A DNA stretch of 64,000 nucleotides, from NCBI GenBank assembly GCA_001822075.1, contig MHPK01000002.1:75872-139871 (forward strand). Reading direction: 5' to 3'. This document shows positions 1 to 10,034 of the stretch, piece after piece. Position numbers and translations under genes: made by a program. Under the pieces are notes generated by a model that saw only the letters and a program-made list of their open reading frames with translations, had not been told where the DNA came from and did not search any database. Source of the DNA: Candidatus Staskawiczbacteria bacterium RIFOXYB1_FULL_38_37 (GTDB lineage: Bacteria; Patescibacteriota; Minisyncoccia; Minisyncoccales; Staskawiczbacteraceae). The first letter of the stretch is position 1, and the number at the start of each line of letters is the position of its first letter.

Positions 1-1
1 T

Positions 2-292
2 TTCAATGTTATTTGTCACATAAAAATATTGCTAAGAAACGAGCCCCATGACGGCGACCACATTAAAGAATTTTCACGTCCGGAATTGTCAAAGTTATTA
101 AAAGATTATCTTTTGGTAGAAAAATATGGCTATACAAACTATTTTCCTTTAATGGCACCCTCTTTCTTAGAAAAGTTTATAAAATTTGGAAGCGCTAAAA
201 AATTTATGGAAACCACAGAGAAAATTTTATCTAAAATTCCCTTAATAAAAGAGCAAGGGTTAGTGTTTTATATTAAAGCAAAGAAGCTATGA
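2..292 (+). CDS. 3' part of a CDS running off the left edge (possible methyltransferase-like tail)
   Basis: Frame open from base 2 to stop 290-292; ATGA overlap with next gene; no diagnostic motif. Confidence 0.35.
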   Translation, partial: FNVICHIKILLRNEPHDGDHIKEFSRPELSKLLKDYLLVEKYGYTNYFPLMAPSFLEKFIKFGSAKKFMETTEKILSKIPLIKEQGLVFYIKAKKL

Positions 293-1068
293 ATTTAGAC
301 AGAGAAGCATTTATTGATAAAACAAAAAAAGATTACAAAAGATTTATTTCAAAAGAGAATAAAGAGGGTCTTGAAGAGTGGTGGAGGGAAACATTTAACC
401 AAGCTGCTAAAACAGGAAAAAAAGAACATGAAGTTTTATTACTTTCAGAATCTGGCCCAAAAAACCACCAAAGGTATTTTTCAGAGTATTTAAGAAAAAT
501 AAATTTTTCAGAAAGCGCCAAAGGTTTGGATGCCGGTTGCGGAATTGGAAGTTTTGCCTTTCTTTTAGAGCAAAAAGGAATTGAGGTGTTTGGTGTGGAT
601 TTTTCTGAGGAAATGATAGCTTTGGTAAAGAAAAACCCAAAATCAAAAAACATAGATTTTAGGATAGCCAATGTTTGCAACCTTCCATTCAAAGATAGTT
701 TCTTTGATATAGTGATTTGTATGAGCACCTTTCAAAGCATTTTGTATTCAGAAAAAGCCTTAAAAGAGCTTAAAAGAGTGTTAAAAAAGAAGGGCTTGAT
801 TATTATCACAACCCTTAACAAGTCTGCCATTAATTTTTGGTTTAAAAGAAATGACCCATTTTTAAGAAACCCCTACAGGTTTAAATCTTTAATGGAACAA
901 CAAGGATTTTCAGATTTTAAGTTAAGGGGCATTTATTCTTTTCCAAGCCGCTTTGATTTTCTAACAGACCTTATTTTAAAGCATAAAATTTTTAACTTTT
1001 TAAATTTATTTTTTCCTTTTTTCAGGATTTTTTCATCCAGTTTTTATATTGAAGCAATAAAAAAATGA
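289..1068 (+). CDS. class I SAM-dependent methyltransferase
   Basis: SAM-binding motif I LDAGCGIGSFAF, then VFGVDFSEEM and NLPFKDSFFDIV. Confidence 0.8.
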   Translation: MNLDREAFIDKTKKDYKRFISKENKEGLEEWWRETFNQAAKTGKKEHEVLLLSESGPKNHQRYFSEYLRKINFSESAKGLDAGCGIGSFAFLLEQKGIEVFGVDFSEEMIALVKKNPKSKNIDFRIANVCNLPFKDSFFDIVICMSTFQSILYSEKALKELKRVLKKKGLIIITTLNKSAINFWFKRNDPFLRNPYRFKSLMEQQGFSDFKLRGIYSFPSRFDFLTDLILKHKIFNFLNLFFPFFRIFSSSFYIEAIKK

Positions 1069-1673
1069 GTTCAAAAATCAAAAGATTATTCGATTTTTTT
1101 ATTTCATTAATAGCCTTAATTATAACAAGTCCTCTGTTTTTGATTATTGTTGTTGCAATTAAAATAGATTCAAAAGGACCAGTGTTTTTTATCCAAGAAA
1201 GGGTGGGGAAAAACGGGAAGCCGTTTAAATTTATAAAATTCAGGACAATGGTTGAAAATGCAGAATCAATGGGACTAAAAGAATCAGCTCATGAGAATGA
1301 CCCTCGCATAACAAGAATCGGTAAATTTTTAAGAGAATGGACAATTGATGAGGCGCCCCAATTTATAAATGTTTTAAAGGGAGATATGAGCTTGGTGGGC
1401 CCAAGGCCCTTGTCAGCTTATAATTCAGGAAACACGCCCGAAATGAAAACAATGTGGCAGAAAAGAATTTCAGTAAAACCAGGATTGGTTAGTTTGGTTG
1501 ATATGAAAGGCAGAAATTTGGTGCCTTGGGAAAAAAGGTTTGAGTATGACCTTTGGTATATAGATAACCAGTCTTTTTGGCTGGACTTGAAAATTTTAGT
1601 TTTAGGATTTTTTTCTGTGCTTTCTCGCAAAGGAGTTTACGGGGAAGAGGGGATGAACAAGCCAAACAATTGA
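1065..1673 (+). CDS. small bacterial sugar transferase (polyprenyl-phosphate sugar-1-phosphate transferase, WbaP/PglC-like)
   Basis: N-terminal hydrophobic helix, KFRTM and GPRP motifs; ATGA overlap with upstream gene. Confidence 0.85.
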   Translation: MSSKIKRLFDFFISLIALIITSPLFLIIVVAIKIDSKGPVFFIQERVGKNGKPFKFIKFRTMVENAESMGLKESAHENDPRITRIGKFLREWTIDEAPQFINVLKGDMSLVGPRPLSAYNSGNTPEMKTMWQKRISVKPGLVSLVDMKGRNLVPWEKRFEYDLWYIDNQSFWLDLKILVLGFFSVLSRKGVYGEEGMNKPNN

Positions 1674-1749
1674 CATATATTTTTTTTAGCGTATTATGAG
1701 GACAGCGTGTTTTACAATCAAAAATGGTCCGATGAATGGAGGTTATGAC

Positions 1750-2622
1750 ATGAGAATTCTTGCAATGCATGATTTTGCAGACGATTGTCTTCATCCAGAA
1801 GACGATAATGCATGGTTTGTTTCCGAGCAGGGCGTGTTTGCCCTTGTTGCAGACGGATGCTCAGAACCTTACTTTGGCAAGCAGTTTATGTATCCTGGCG
1901 GCCTTACGGGTGGCCAAAAGGTTGTGCGAACCATAAGGCAGGCTTTTTCTTCTGCCAATCCAGAGGATGACTTGGGAGATGTTGTTATCAGAGCCAACGA
2001 AGAAATTTGGAACATCCAGCAAAAGCATAGGGGCAATGAAGTCCATCGCGATGACCCTGCAACTCTTGCCAATGCCAGCTTTTCCTGCCTTAAGTTTGAC
2101 AGGAAAGCAAGAATAATGGAGGTTATTTGGGGGGCAGACGTTTTTACCATTTGGGTAACTAGGTCAGGCAAGGTGAACATTGTTGGCGGCGACAACAGAG
2201 ATGCTGAAATGGAGAGAGAGCGCCGTTACGTCGAGCTTGTGGCTGATGCCCATAGCGATCACGAAAAGGAGAAAGCAGCCCAAAAGCGCTACTGGCTTGA
2301 AGAATTTCCCCGTCTGAAAAGGAAACATGACAACGTTGAATATTCTATTCTTAACGGTTCTCTAGATGTTGCAACACACTGGCACAGGGAGGTTGTTAAG
2401 GAGCCAATTGACTTTATTGTGGTCGTGTCTGACGGCGCATGGATTCCCATGGAAGACTGGGGCAAGAACCCCGTGAAGGCGAAATATTTCGTGCAGTTGC
2501 TAAAGAATGGTGGCGGTTGGGATAGCGCCTTGCCTTGGATCCGTGAACAGCAGAATCACGGCCTGACCAATCAAAGAGTTAAGAGGCCCGAAGCTGCCGG
2601 CCTCGCCATTTTTGCCGAGTAA
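1750..2622 (+). CDS. divergent PP2C/SpoIIE-like (PPM-fold) domain protein
   Basis: ALVADGCSE and VVVSDGAW resemble PPM metal-binding Asp motifs; GGAGG 7 nt before ATG 1750; visibly higher G+C than flanks. Confidence 0.4.
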   Translation: MRILAMHDFADDCLHPEDDNAWFVSEQGVFALVADGCSEPYFGKQFMYPGGLTGGQKVVRTIRQAFSSANPEDDLGDVVIRANEEIWNIQQKHRGNEVHRDDPATLANASFSCLKFDRKARIMEVIWGADVFTIWVTRSGKVNIVGGDNRDAEMERERRYVELVADAHSDHEKEKAAQKRYWLEEFPRLKRKHDNVEYSILNGSLDVATHWHREVVKEPIDFIVVVSDGAWIPMEDWGKNPVKAKYFVQLLKNGGGWDSALPWIREQQNHGLTNQRVKRPEAAGLAIFAE

Positions 2623-2651
2623 AGGCAAAAAAATCTCCGAACAATCGGCGC

Positions 2652-2683
2652 AACCGCTTGTGGGCGACATGAGCGGTTTTTTT
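2652..2683 (+). terminator. rho-independent terminator
   Basis: AACCGCT / AGCGGTT stem followed by T-run. Confidence 0.6.
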
Positions 2684-2764
2684 ATGCAGGAGGTAACGTT
2701 GGGGGTTATGGGGCGTAACTGATCGTGATATTGATTTTGACTAAAAATCTGGTAATATAATAAA

Positions 2765-3460
2765 ATGATAGTTACAATACATCAACCCGAATACCTGCCT
2801 TATATTGGATTTTTTGAAAGGTTGGCTGAAACTGATATTTTTGTTATTTTAGACGATGTTGGTTACCAAAAAAACGGTTTTATAAATAGAAATAAAATTA
2901 AGGCAGAAAAAGGCCAAAAATGGATTACAGTTCCTGTTGTCGGCAGGTCTCCCAATTTAAAAATAAACGAGGTTTTAATAGATAACAGCCAGAGTTGGCA
3001 GGAAAGCATTCTAGATAAAATAAAATTCAACTATAAAAAATCGCCATATTTTGGGGATTATTATCCTTTTTTAGAAAACGCGCTGGACAAGAAGTGGGAC
3101 AAAATATGTGATTTGGATATTTATTTAATAGAAAACATAAGCAAGGATTTGGGGTTTAAATTTAAAATGATAAAGTCTTCTGATTTAAAAGTTGAGGGAA
3201 AGGGCACAGAAAGATTAATTAATATATGCAAAGAATTAAAAGCCAGCCAATATTTGTCCGGCCCCGGAACAGAAAAAGGGCACGGCGTAGAAAAACAGGA
3301 GTTTGAGAAGCATGGCATAAAGATAAAAATAAAAGAGTTTTCAAATCCAAAATATAAACAGCAATTTTCAGAGCAGGGATTTCTGCCTTATATGTCAATA
3401 ATTGATTTATTATTTAACGAAGGCCCAAATAGCCCAAAAATATTAATAAGCAATGAATAA
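2765..3460 (+). CDS. WbqC-family protein (glycan biosynthesis)
   Basis: N-terminus MIVTIHQPEYLPYIGFFERL is typical of WbqC-like proteins. Confidence 0.7.
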   Translation: MIVTIHQPEYLPYIGFFERLAETDIFVILDDVGYQKNGFINRNKIKAEKGQKWITVPVVGRSPNLKINEVLIDNSQSWQESILDKIKFNYKKSPYFGDYYPFLENALDKKWDKICDLDIYLIENISKDLGFKFKMIKSSDLKVEGKGTERLINICKELKASQYLSGPGTEKGHGVEKQEFEKHGIKIKIKEFSNPKYKQQFSEQGFLPYMSIIDLLFNEGPNSPKILISNE

Positions 3461-4133
3461 AATTTTAATTATAGCTCCGCATCCAGATGACGAAGTTTTG
3501 GGGTGCGGAGGGACAATTAAAAAACATATAAAATTTGGCGACGAGGCGTATTTGTGTTTGGTGACAAAGCCTTTGGTTGGAGAAAACGATTGGACAGCAG
3601 AATATGTTGAGAATAAAGATAAGGAAATAAAAGCCTCAAACGATTTTATGGGCTTTAAGCAAGTATTTTTTTTAGACTTGCCTGCTTTGCGGTTAGACAC
3701 AGTTCCCAAAAAAGATTTAAATGATAAAATTTCAAATGTTATTGAAAAAGTAAAGCCAGATGTTTTATATGCGCCGTTTTTTGGAGACATTAATCATGAC
3801 CACAGAATAGTTTTTGAGGCTTGTTTGGTAGCCTCAAGAATAAGACCTGACGTTATGGTAAATAAAATTTTAGCTTATGAAATTTCTCCCACAACAGAAC
3901 AGGGCGGAATATCAGGCCAAAAATCAGATGTTTTTTTGCCAAATTATTTTGAAGATATTTCAGATTATTTAGATGATAAGCTAAAGGCAATGGAGTGTTA
4001 TAAATCAGAGTTAAAAGAGCGCGAGCACCCAAGGTCTTTAAAGGGAATTGATGTTTTAGCTAAAAAGCGGGGTTCAGAATCCGGAGTTAAGGCAGCAGAA
4101 GCTTTCATGCTGATAAGAGAAATTAAGTTCTAA
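3453..4133 (+). CDS. PIG-L/LmbE-family N-acetylglucosaminyl deacetylase
   Basis: APHPDDEVLGCGGTI motif, later HxDH (INHDH). Confidence 0.85.
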   Translation: MNKILIIAPHPDDEVLGCGGTIKKHIKFGDEAYLCLVTKPLVGENDWTAEYVENKDKEIKASNDFMGFKQVFFLDLPALRLDTVPKKDLNDKISNVIEKVKPDVLYAPFFGDINHDHRIVFEACLVASRIRPDVMVNKILAYEISPTTEQGGISGQKSDVFLPNYFEDISDYLDDKLKAMECYKSELKEREHPRSLKGIDVLAKKRGSESGVKAAEAFMLIREIKF

Positions 4134-4140
4134 TAATTAT

Positions 4141-4539
4141 ATGGCAGGCAGATTTAAAAATTGGAAAAAACCAGTTATTAAAGAAATGAAGCTCACAAAA
4201 TACAGCTGGCTGGTTCAGCATGTCAAAAACCTTGATTTAGGCTACAAAACAGATATTGGCGCCTTTACCTATATAAACGCAAAGAACAAGGTTGTGATTG
4301 AAGATTATGCGCAAATAGGCTCTCATTGCTCAATTTATTCTTTTTCCTCCATAGGAGAAAAAAACGGAAAAGTTGTTTTAAAAAAGAATTGCAAAATAGG
4401 CGCGCATTCCACGGTTATGCCGGGAGTTACTGTGGGCGAGAATTCTATTATTGGAGCGCACAGTTTTGTGGACAAAAGCATGCCCAACAATGTTTTGGCT
4501 TTTGGGGTTCCGGCAAAAATAATTAAAAAACTTAATTAA
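4141..4539 (+). CDS. hexapeptide-repeat (left-handed beta-helix) acyl/acetyltransferase
   Basis: Repeated [LIV]-G-x4 hexapeptides (IGSHCSIYS, KIGAHSTVMPGVTVGENSIIGAHS). Confidence 0.75.
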   Translation: MAGRFKNWKKPVIKEMKLTKYSWLVQHVKNLDLGYKTDIGAFTYINAKNKVVIEDYAQIGSHCSIYSFSSIGEKNGKVVLKKNCKIGAHSTVMPGVTVGENSIIGAHSFVDKSMPNNVLAFGVPAKIIKKLN

Positions 4540-4544
4540 TTTTT

Positions 4545-5660
4545 ATGATTCCGCTTTCAAAAGCTGATATCACAAAAGCTGAAATAAATGGAGTTTTAAA
4601 GGTTTTAAAATCAAACCAGCTTTCTATTGGGCCAAAATTAACAGAGTTTGAAGAGGCAGTTGCCAAGTATGTTGGCGTAAAATATGCGGTTGCGGTAAAT
4701 TCTGGAACCAGCGCTTTGCATTTAATAATAAGAGCCATAGGAGTCAAAGAAGGAGATGAAGTAATCACCAGCCCGTTTTCTTTTATTGCTTCTGCTAACT
4801 GTATTTTATTTGAGGGAGCTAAGCCGGTTTTTGTTGATATTAAACCAGATACTCTTAATATCAATCCTAAGCTTGTTGATAAAGCCGTTACTTCCAAAAC
4901 CAAAGCTATTTTAGCGCCGGATATGTTTGCTCATCCTGCTAATTGGGGAGAATTGCAGAAAATTGCTAAAAAGCACGAACTTTTTTTAATTGAAGATTCA
5001 GCAGAATCTTTGGGCACTTTGTATAAAGGAAAAAAATGCGGCAGTTTCGGAGACGTTTCCATTTTTGCTTTTTCTCCCAATAAACAAATTACTACTGGGG
5101 AAGGGGGAATGATTTTGACAGATGATAAAAATTTTGCCGGCTTATGCCGCAGCATGGCTAGCCATGGCAGAAAGATTAAGGGCGGAAAATGGCTAGAACA
5201 TGTAAGATTGGGGTATAATTACAGATTAAATGAAATGAGTTGCGCTGTTGGTTTGTCTCAAGTTAAGAGAATAGAAACTATAATCAAAAAAAGAAGCAGT
5301 ATCGCTAATTTATATAATAAAAAACTAAAAGAGATTGATAATATAGAAGTTCCTTATGTGGCTAAAGATGTTAGGATAAACTGGTGGGTATATGTTATTA
5401 AATTAATAGGCGGGCTCGGCGACAAGAGAGATATAATTATGAGAAAACTTTTAAAAAGAGGCATAGGATGCAGAGATTATTTTCAGCCAATACATTTGCA
5501 GCCGTTTTACAAAGAATTATTCGGCTATAAAAAAGGAGATTTTCCGATTGCTGAAAACATCAGTAAAAGAACACTTGCCCTTCCTTTTTTCAGCGACTTG
5601 TCAGAGAAGGAAATTGATTTTGTTGTCAAAAATCTGAAAGAAGTGTTAAAAACAGTTTAA
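4545..5660 (+). CDS. DegT/DnrJ/EryC1/StrS-family sugar aminotransferase
   Basis: 371 aa; AVNSGTSALHL, PLP-lysine region FSPNKQITTGEGG, GYNYRLNEM. Confidence 0.9.
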   Translation: MIPLSKADITKAEINGVLKVLKSNQLSIGPKLTEFEEAVAKYVGVKYAVAVNSGTSALHLIIRAIGVKEGDEVITSPFSFIASANCILFEGAKPVFVDIKPDTLNINPKLVDKAVTSKTKAILAPDMFAHPANWGELQKIAKKHELFLIEDSAESLGTLYKGKKCGSFGDVSIFAFSPNKQITTGEGGMILTDDKNFAGLCRSMASHGRKIKGGKWLEHVRLGYNYRLNEMSCAVGLSQVKRIETIIKKRSSIANLYNKKLKEIDNIEVPYVAKDVRINWWVYVIKLIGGLGDKRDIIMRKLLKRGIGCRDYFQPIHLQPFYKELFGYKKGDFPIAENISKRTLALPFFSDLSEKEIDFVVKNLKEVLKTV

Positions 5661-5673
5661 ACTTGTTTTTTTG

Positions 5674-5706
5674 AATGCCCCCCCCTTTTAAGGGGTATTT
5701 TTTTGT
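5674..5706 (+). terminator. rho-independent terminator
   Basis: AATGCCCC / GGGGTATT stem plus T-run after the aminotransferase gene. Confidence 0.6.
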
Positions 5707-5729
5707 GATAGGATAAAATAAATACCGTT

Positions 5730-7430
5730 ATGAACGCAACTTTATTTAAAAAAAATATTTTTCTGTGCGCGGTTTTTTTTCTTTTTTCAGTTCAAGGAGC
5801 TTTTGCCGCCAATTTTTCAGATGTGGTTAACTTTAATGTTGAAGAAAGTTTTGACGCTTCAGGCAGAGAGCGCGTTGAAGCGACTTTGGTTAAAACAACA
5901 AACAAGCTTTATTTTTATGTAGAAAAGTCATGGTGGGATTCGCAACCCCATGCGAAACAGGATCAGATTTTGTCTAATTTAAATAATTTATCCCAAGAAT
6001 TTGATAATAAAATTTACCCTGTTTTAACTTCGGTTTTCGGCTCTGAATGGAAACCAGGGGTTGACGGAGACAGCAGAATAACAGTTTTGTTTGAAGCTAT
6101 GAACAGCAATGAGGGCGGTTATTTTCGCACAGCTGACGAATATATAAAACTGCAAATTCCAGCTTCAAATGAAAGAGAAATGGTTTATTTGGCATTAGAC
6201 AGGATAGACGACCCGAGGCTGAAAGTTTTTTTGGCCCACGAGTTTATGCACTTAATTACGTTTAACCAAAAAAATAAAATTTTTGGGGCAGATGAGGAAG
6301 TGTGGCTAAACGAGGCAAGAGCAGACTATTCTTCCACTATTTTAGGCTATGATGACGTTTATTCAGGGTCTAACTTGCAGCAAAGAGTAAAAGATTTTAT
6401 AGAAAACCCTTCAGATTCTATAACCGAATGGACGGGCACAAAATATGATTATGCCAACGTAAGCTTGTTTATGCATTATGTTTTAGACCATTACGGCATA
6501 ACTATTTTGTCTGACTCTTTGCAATCAAAATATGCAGGAATAGAAAGCATAAATTACGCCCTAAGAAAAACAGGATATAAAGAAAGTTTTTCTGAAATTT
6601 TTACAGATTGGACCGTAGCCTCTGTTCTTAATAATTGTTCGTTCAATTCAAAATATTGCTATTTAAATGAAAAGCTTAAAAATTTCAGAATATCTCCGGC
6701 GCTTAATTTTCTTCCGCTCACCGGAAACGTTTCTTTGTCTGTAAGCAATGTGACAAAAAATTGGCAGGGAAATTGGCTAAAATTTATAGGCGGCAACGGA
6801 GATTTGCAGCTGGATTTTTCCAGCATAAAGGGGCTTGAATTTTCAGTGCCTTATATAATAGAGGATTCAGCTTCAAGCCAGGCGTTAAAGTTTTTACAAC
6901 TAGATGAAAACCAAAAAGGCGGGATTAGCATAGAGAAGTTCGGCGCAGATTATAAATCGCTTATAATTTTGCCCTCTCTGCAGAGCAAATTATCAGGCTT
7001 TGATGGAGCCGAATTTACTTATCCCTTTACCTATAAAGTTTCTATTAAGGGGTCGGCTGAAACAGAAGACCAGGATTTAATCCAGCAGTTGTTAGATAAA
7101 ATAGCTTACTTAAAGTCTGAAATCGAAAGGCTCCAGCAGGGGAATGCAAATGGCCAAAATTTTTGTTCTGAACTGAACAATAACCTTTATTATGGCCTGT
7201 TAAACAATGAGCAGGTAAAATGCCTTCAATCATTTTTAAAGTCACAGGGGCCAGATATTTATTCTGCAGGATATGTAACAGGAAATTTTTTGGCCATGAC
7301 GAGATTAGCTGTAATAAGATTTCAGGAAAAGTATGCTTCAGAAATTTTAGCTCCTTTGGGCCTTTCTTCTGGCACAGGATTTGCGGGGCCCTCAACCAGG
7401 GCAAAAATAAACCAAATTTTGAGCTTGTGA
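5730..7430 (+). CDS. secreted HExxH metallopeptidase-like protein with C-terminal peptidoglycan-binding-like module
   Basis: Signal peptide (FLFSVQGAFA), HEFMH zinc motif; C-terminal FQEKYASEILAPLGL..TRAKINQIL module shared with the ORFs at 57406 and 59079. Confidence 0.55.
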   Translation: MNATLFKKNIFLCAVFFLFSVQGAFAANFSDVVNFNVEESFDASGRERVEATLVKTTNKLYFYVEKSWWDSQPHAKQDQILSNLNNLSQEFDNKIYPVLTSVFGSEWKPGVDGDSRITVLFEAMNSNEGGYFRTADEYIKLQIPASNEREMVYLALDRIDDPRLKVFLAHEFMHLITFNQKNKIFGADEEVWLNEARADYSSTILGYDDVYSGSNLQQRVKDFIENPSDSITEWTGTKYDYANVSLFMHYVLDHYGITILSDSLQSKYAGIESINYALRKTGYKESFSEIFTDWTVASVLNNCSFNSKYCYLNEKLKNFRISPALNFLPLTGNVSLSVSNVTKNWQGNWLKFIGGNGDLQLDFSSIKGLEFSVPYIIEDSASSQALKFLQLDENQKGGISIEKFGADYKSLIILPSLQSKLSGFDGAEFTYPFTYKVSIKGSAETEDQDLIQQLLDKIAYLKSEIERLQQGNANGQNFCSELNNNLYYGLLNNEQVKCLQSFLKSQGPDIYSAGYVTGNFLAMTRLAVIRFQEKYASEILAPLGLSSGTGFAGPSTRAKINQILSL

Positions 7431-7459
7431 TTTCAGATTACTATTTAAAATTAAAAGAG

Positions 7460-8398
7460 ATGTTGCCGGAGGCGCAGAGAAATGTTTTGATGAAGGAACA
7501 CACTAGCTATAAAATTGGCGGGCCAGCCAAATATTTTTTTATTGCAAGAGACAAGGAGGGTCTAATCTCTGCATTAGAAGTTGCAAAAGATTTGAATATT
7601 CCCGTATATGCGATAGGCGGGGGGAGCAATATTTTATTTTCCGATAAAGGATATAAGGGCTTGGTTGTAAAAATGAATATTGATGATACAATTTTTAACG
7701 GCAATATGGCAAAAGCTGGCGCTGGCGCAGGTTTGTCAAAATTGGCCTATTTGGCAGCTGACAAAGGGCTTTCCGGACTAGAGTGGTCCGCTGGTATTCC
7801 CAGCGCGACCGTTGGCGGAGCTATATATGGGAACGCTCAGGCTTTTGACGTTAAAATGTCAGATACAGTTAAAAACGTTGAGGCCTTAAATCTTAAAACC
7901 CTGAAAATGAAAACTTTTTCAAAAAAGCAATGCCAGTTTTCTTTGAAAAACAGCATTTTTAAAAAGAAGAAAAACCTTGTGGTTATTTCTGTTATTTTAG
8001 AATTTACAAAAAAAGATAAAAAAGAAATTAAAAAAACAATTGAGCAGTTTTTATCTTATAGAAAAAAAGGGCATCCGCTAAAATTTTTTTCGGCAGGGTC
8101 TGTATTTATTAATCCAGAGTTAGAAATAAAAGATAAAAAACTTTTGGAAAAATACCCCGAGTTTTTAAAGTTTAATGAGGCAGGAATTATACCAGCTGGA
8201 TTTTTAATACAGAAATCGGGCTTGGCTGGAAAAAAAATAGGAGATGCCAAAATTTCAGAACTGCATTGCAATTTTATAGTTAATTTGGGCAGAGCTAATG
8301 CAAAAGATGTTATTTCGCTAATAAAATTAGCTCAAAAAAAAGTAAAAAATAATTTTGGCATACATTTGGAAACAGAAATCCAATTTGTAGGTTTTTGA
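7460..8398 (+). CDS. murB: UDP-N-acetylenolpyruvoylglucosamine reductase
   Basis: YKIGGPAKYFF, AIGGGSNILF, GLEWSAGIPSATVGGAIYGNA; start trimmed from the track ORF (7220); GTG 7427 is an alternative. Confidence 0.85.
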   Translation: MLPEAQRNVLMKEHTSYKIGGPAKYFFIARDKEGLISALEVAKDLNIPVYAIGGGSNILFSDKGYKGLVVKMNIDDTIFNGNMAKAGAGAGLSKLAYLAADKGLSGLEWSAGIPSATVGGAIYGNAQAFDVKMSDTVKNVEALNLKTLKMKTFSKKQCQFSLKNSIFKKKKNLVVISVILEFTKKDKKEIKKTIEQFLSYRKKGHPLKFFSAGSVFINPELEIKDKKLLEKYPEFLKFNEAGIIPAGFLIQKSGLAGKKIGDAKISELHCNFIVNLGRANAKDVISLIKLAQKKVKNNFGIHLETEIQFVGF

Positions 8399-8401
8399 TA
8401 T

Positions 8402-8782
8402 ATGAGGATTACAATTAAAACTAAAAATATAATCTTATCTAATGAACTTTCACTTTTTATTGAAAGAAAAATAGGAGTTTTGAAGAAGTTTATTAACATT
8501 TTAAAACAAGATATTCCCGAAGGCAAAAAAACATTGGCAGAAGTTTTGGTAGAAGCAGAAAAAGAAACAATGCATCATAAAAAAGGAAAAGTTTTCAAAA
8601 GCAGAATAGAAATAACTTTGCCCGGCAAGAAATTAATGGCAGAAGCGAGAGGCGACAATTTAGAAGGCGCCATCGTTGATGTAAAAGAACAAATAAAAAA
8701 AGAGATTAATAAATATAAGTTTAAAAAAATCGACAAAAACCGCAGGAAGCAAAGAAAATTAAAAAAAGAATTTAAAATATAG
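8402..8782 (+). CDS. hpf: ribosome hibernation promoting factor / RaiA family
   Basis: MRITIKTKNI..LS..L..FIERKI..L.KF N-terminus and size typical of HPF/YfiA. Confidence 0.7.
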   Translation: MRITIKTKNIILSNELSLFIERKIGVLKKFINILKQDIPEGKKTLAEVLVEAEKETMHHKKGKVFKSRIEITLPGKKLMAEARGDNLEGAIVDVKEQIKKEINKYKFKKIDKNRRKQRKLKKEFKI

Positions 8783-8856
8783 ACTATTTTTTGTGTGTCT
8801 TGCAATATTTTTTTAAAATTATATTATTAAAAAATATAATTTTAAATTAACCACGC

Positions 8857-10029
8857 ATGGCAAAAACAAAAAGAAAATACGACTTTTTAATTTTCGGGGC
8901 AGGAGGCATGCAAGGAAAAATAGTCATTAAAGATTTGCTGAAAAAAAAATACAGGCTTTTTATTTCAGATATTTATCAAAACCACATAGACGCGCTTCAA
9001 GAAGAGTTTGACCTTCCTGACCACGAGATATTAGATTTAAGAAAAAAAAGAAAAATTTATTCTTTAATAAAAAAGGCGGATCCTTTTTGCGTGATTAACT
9101 GCGCAGAGGCAGATTGGAACGTGGATGTTTATAAAGCTTGCTTAAAAAATGGTTCGCATGTGATTGACCTTGGGTCTGATGACGGCGTTATGACAGAAAC
9201 CCAGCTGAAAATGGATGCTGATTTCAGGAAGAAAAAACTAATAGCTATTACTGGCTGCGGGTCCACGCCCGGCGTAAACAATATAATGCTAGATTATGCT
9301 GTCGGGCTTTTAGATTCTGTTCATACTGTTGAGGCGGGTTTTGCGTGGAATTCAAACATAAAAGAATTCGTTGTTCCTTTTTCAATGCCGAGCATTGCAG
9401 AAGAATTTACAGACAATGTCACTTACTTAAAAAATAATAAGTGGTTGAAAAAATTACCATTAGATACAGTTAAGGGCAAGCGCTACCAGGAAATTGGCAG
9501 AAACAAGTGTTTTTTGGTAAGGCATCCAGAGCCTTTTACTTTTCACTATTATTATAAAGACAAAGGGTTAAAAAATATCAAATTTTATGCTGGATTTCCA
9601 AGCCATTCTTTTTCAACAATTCATAATTTTATAAAGCTGGGTTTGGCTTCAAAAGAAAAAATTAAGATAAATGGATGTGAAATCCAGCCTATGAATTTTT
9701 TAGCGGAAACATTAAGGCGAGGAGCGAAGATGCCAGAAGGCTACGAAGAAAAAGAAGTTTTGTGGGTTGACGTAATAGGCAAGAAAGCAAATGAAAGAAA
9801 AGAGATATTTATGGAGTGTATTGCAGGCACTTTGCCAGGATGGGAATTTGCAGGCTGCAATGTTGATACAGGCATCCCGGCATCAATTATAGCCCAAATG
9901 ATAATTAAAAAGAGGATAAAAGCATGGGGCTCTTTTGCGCCAGAAGCCGTAGTTCCGCATGAAGAGTTTTTTAAGGCTTTGAGGGATAAAGACATGGATG
10001 TTTATATGAACGGACGTCTTATAAATTAA
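8857..10029 (+). CDS. saccharopine dehydrogenase-like NAD(P)-binding oxidoreductase
   Basis: N-terminal Rossmann motif FLIFGAGGMQGK, 390 aa. Confidence 0.6.
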   Translation: MAKTKRKYDFLIFGAGGMQGKIVIKDLLKKKYRLFISDIYQNHIDALQEEFDLPDHEILDLRKKRKIYSLIKKADPFCVINCAEADWNVDVYKACLKNGSHVIDLGSDDGVMTETQLKMDADFRKKKLIAITGCGSTPGVNNIMLDYAVGLLDSVHTVEAGFAWNSNIKEFVVPFSMPSIAEEFTDNVTYLKNNKWLKKLPLDTVKGKRYQEIGRNKCFLVRHPEPFTFHYYYKDKGLKNIKFYAGFPSHSFSTIHNFIKLGLASKEKIKINGCEIQPMNFLAETLRRGAKMPEGYEEKEVLWVDVIGKKANERKEIFMECIAGTLPGWEFAGCNVDTGIPASIIAQMIIKKRIKAWGSFAPEAVVPHEEFFKALRDKDMDVYMNGRLIN

Positions 10030-10034
10030 TGTAT

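Noticed and set aside
7220-7459. N-terminal extensions of track ORFs: murB from 7220, tgt from 11150, fusA from 33859, rplC from 38470, rplD from 39140, rplO from 46756, adk from 48607, lepA from 55422, and the zinc-ribbon gene from 28690
   Set aside because: The extensions overlap upstream genes or repeat elements and start at non-ATG codons. Conserved N-termini begin at the internal ATGs used in the feature table.
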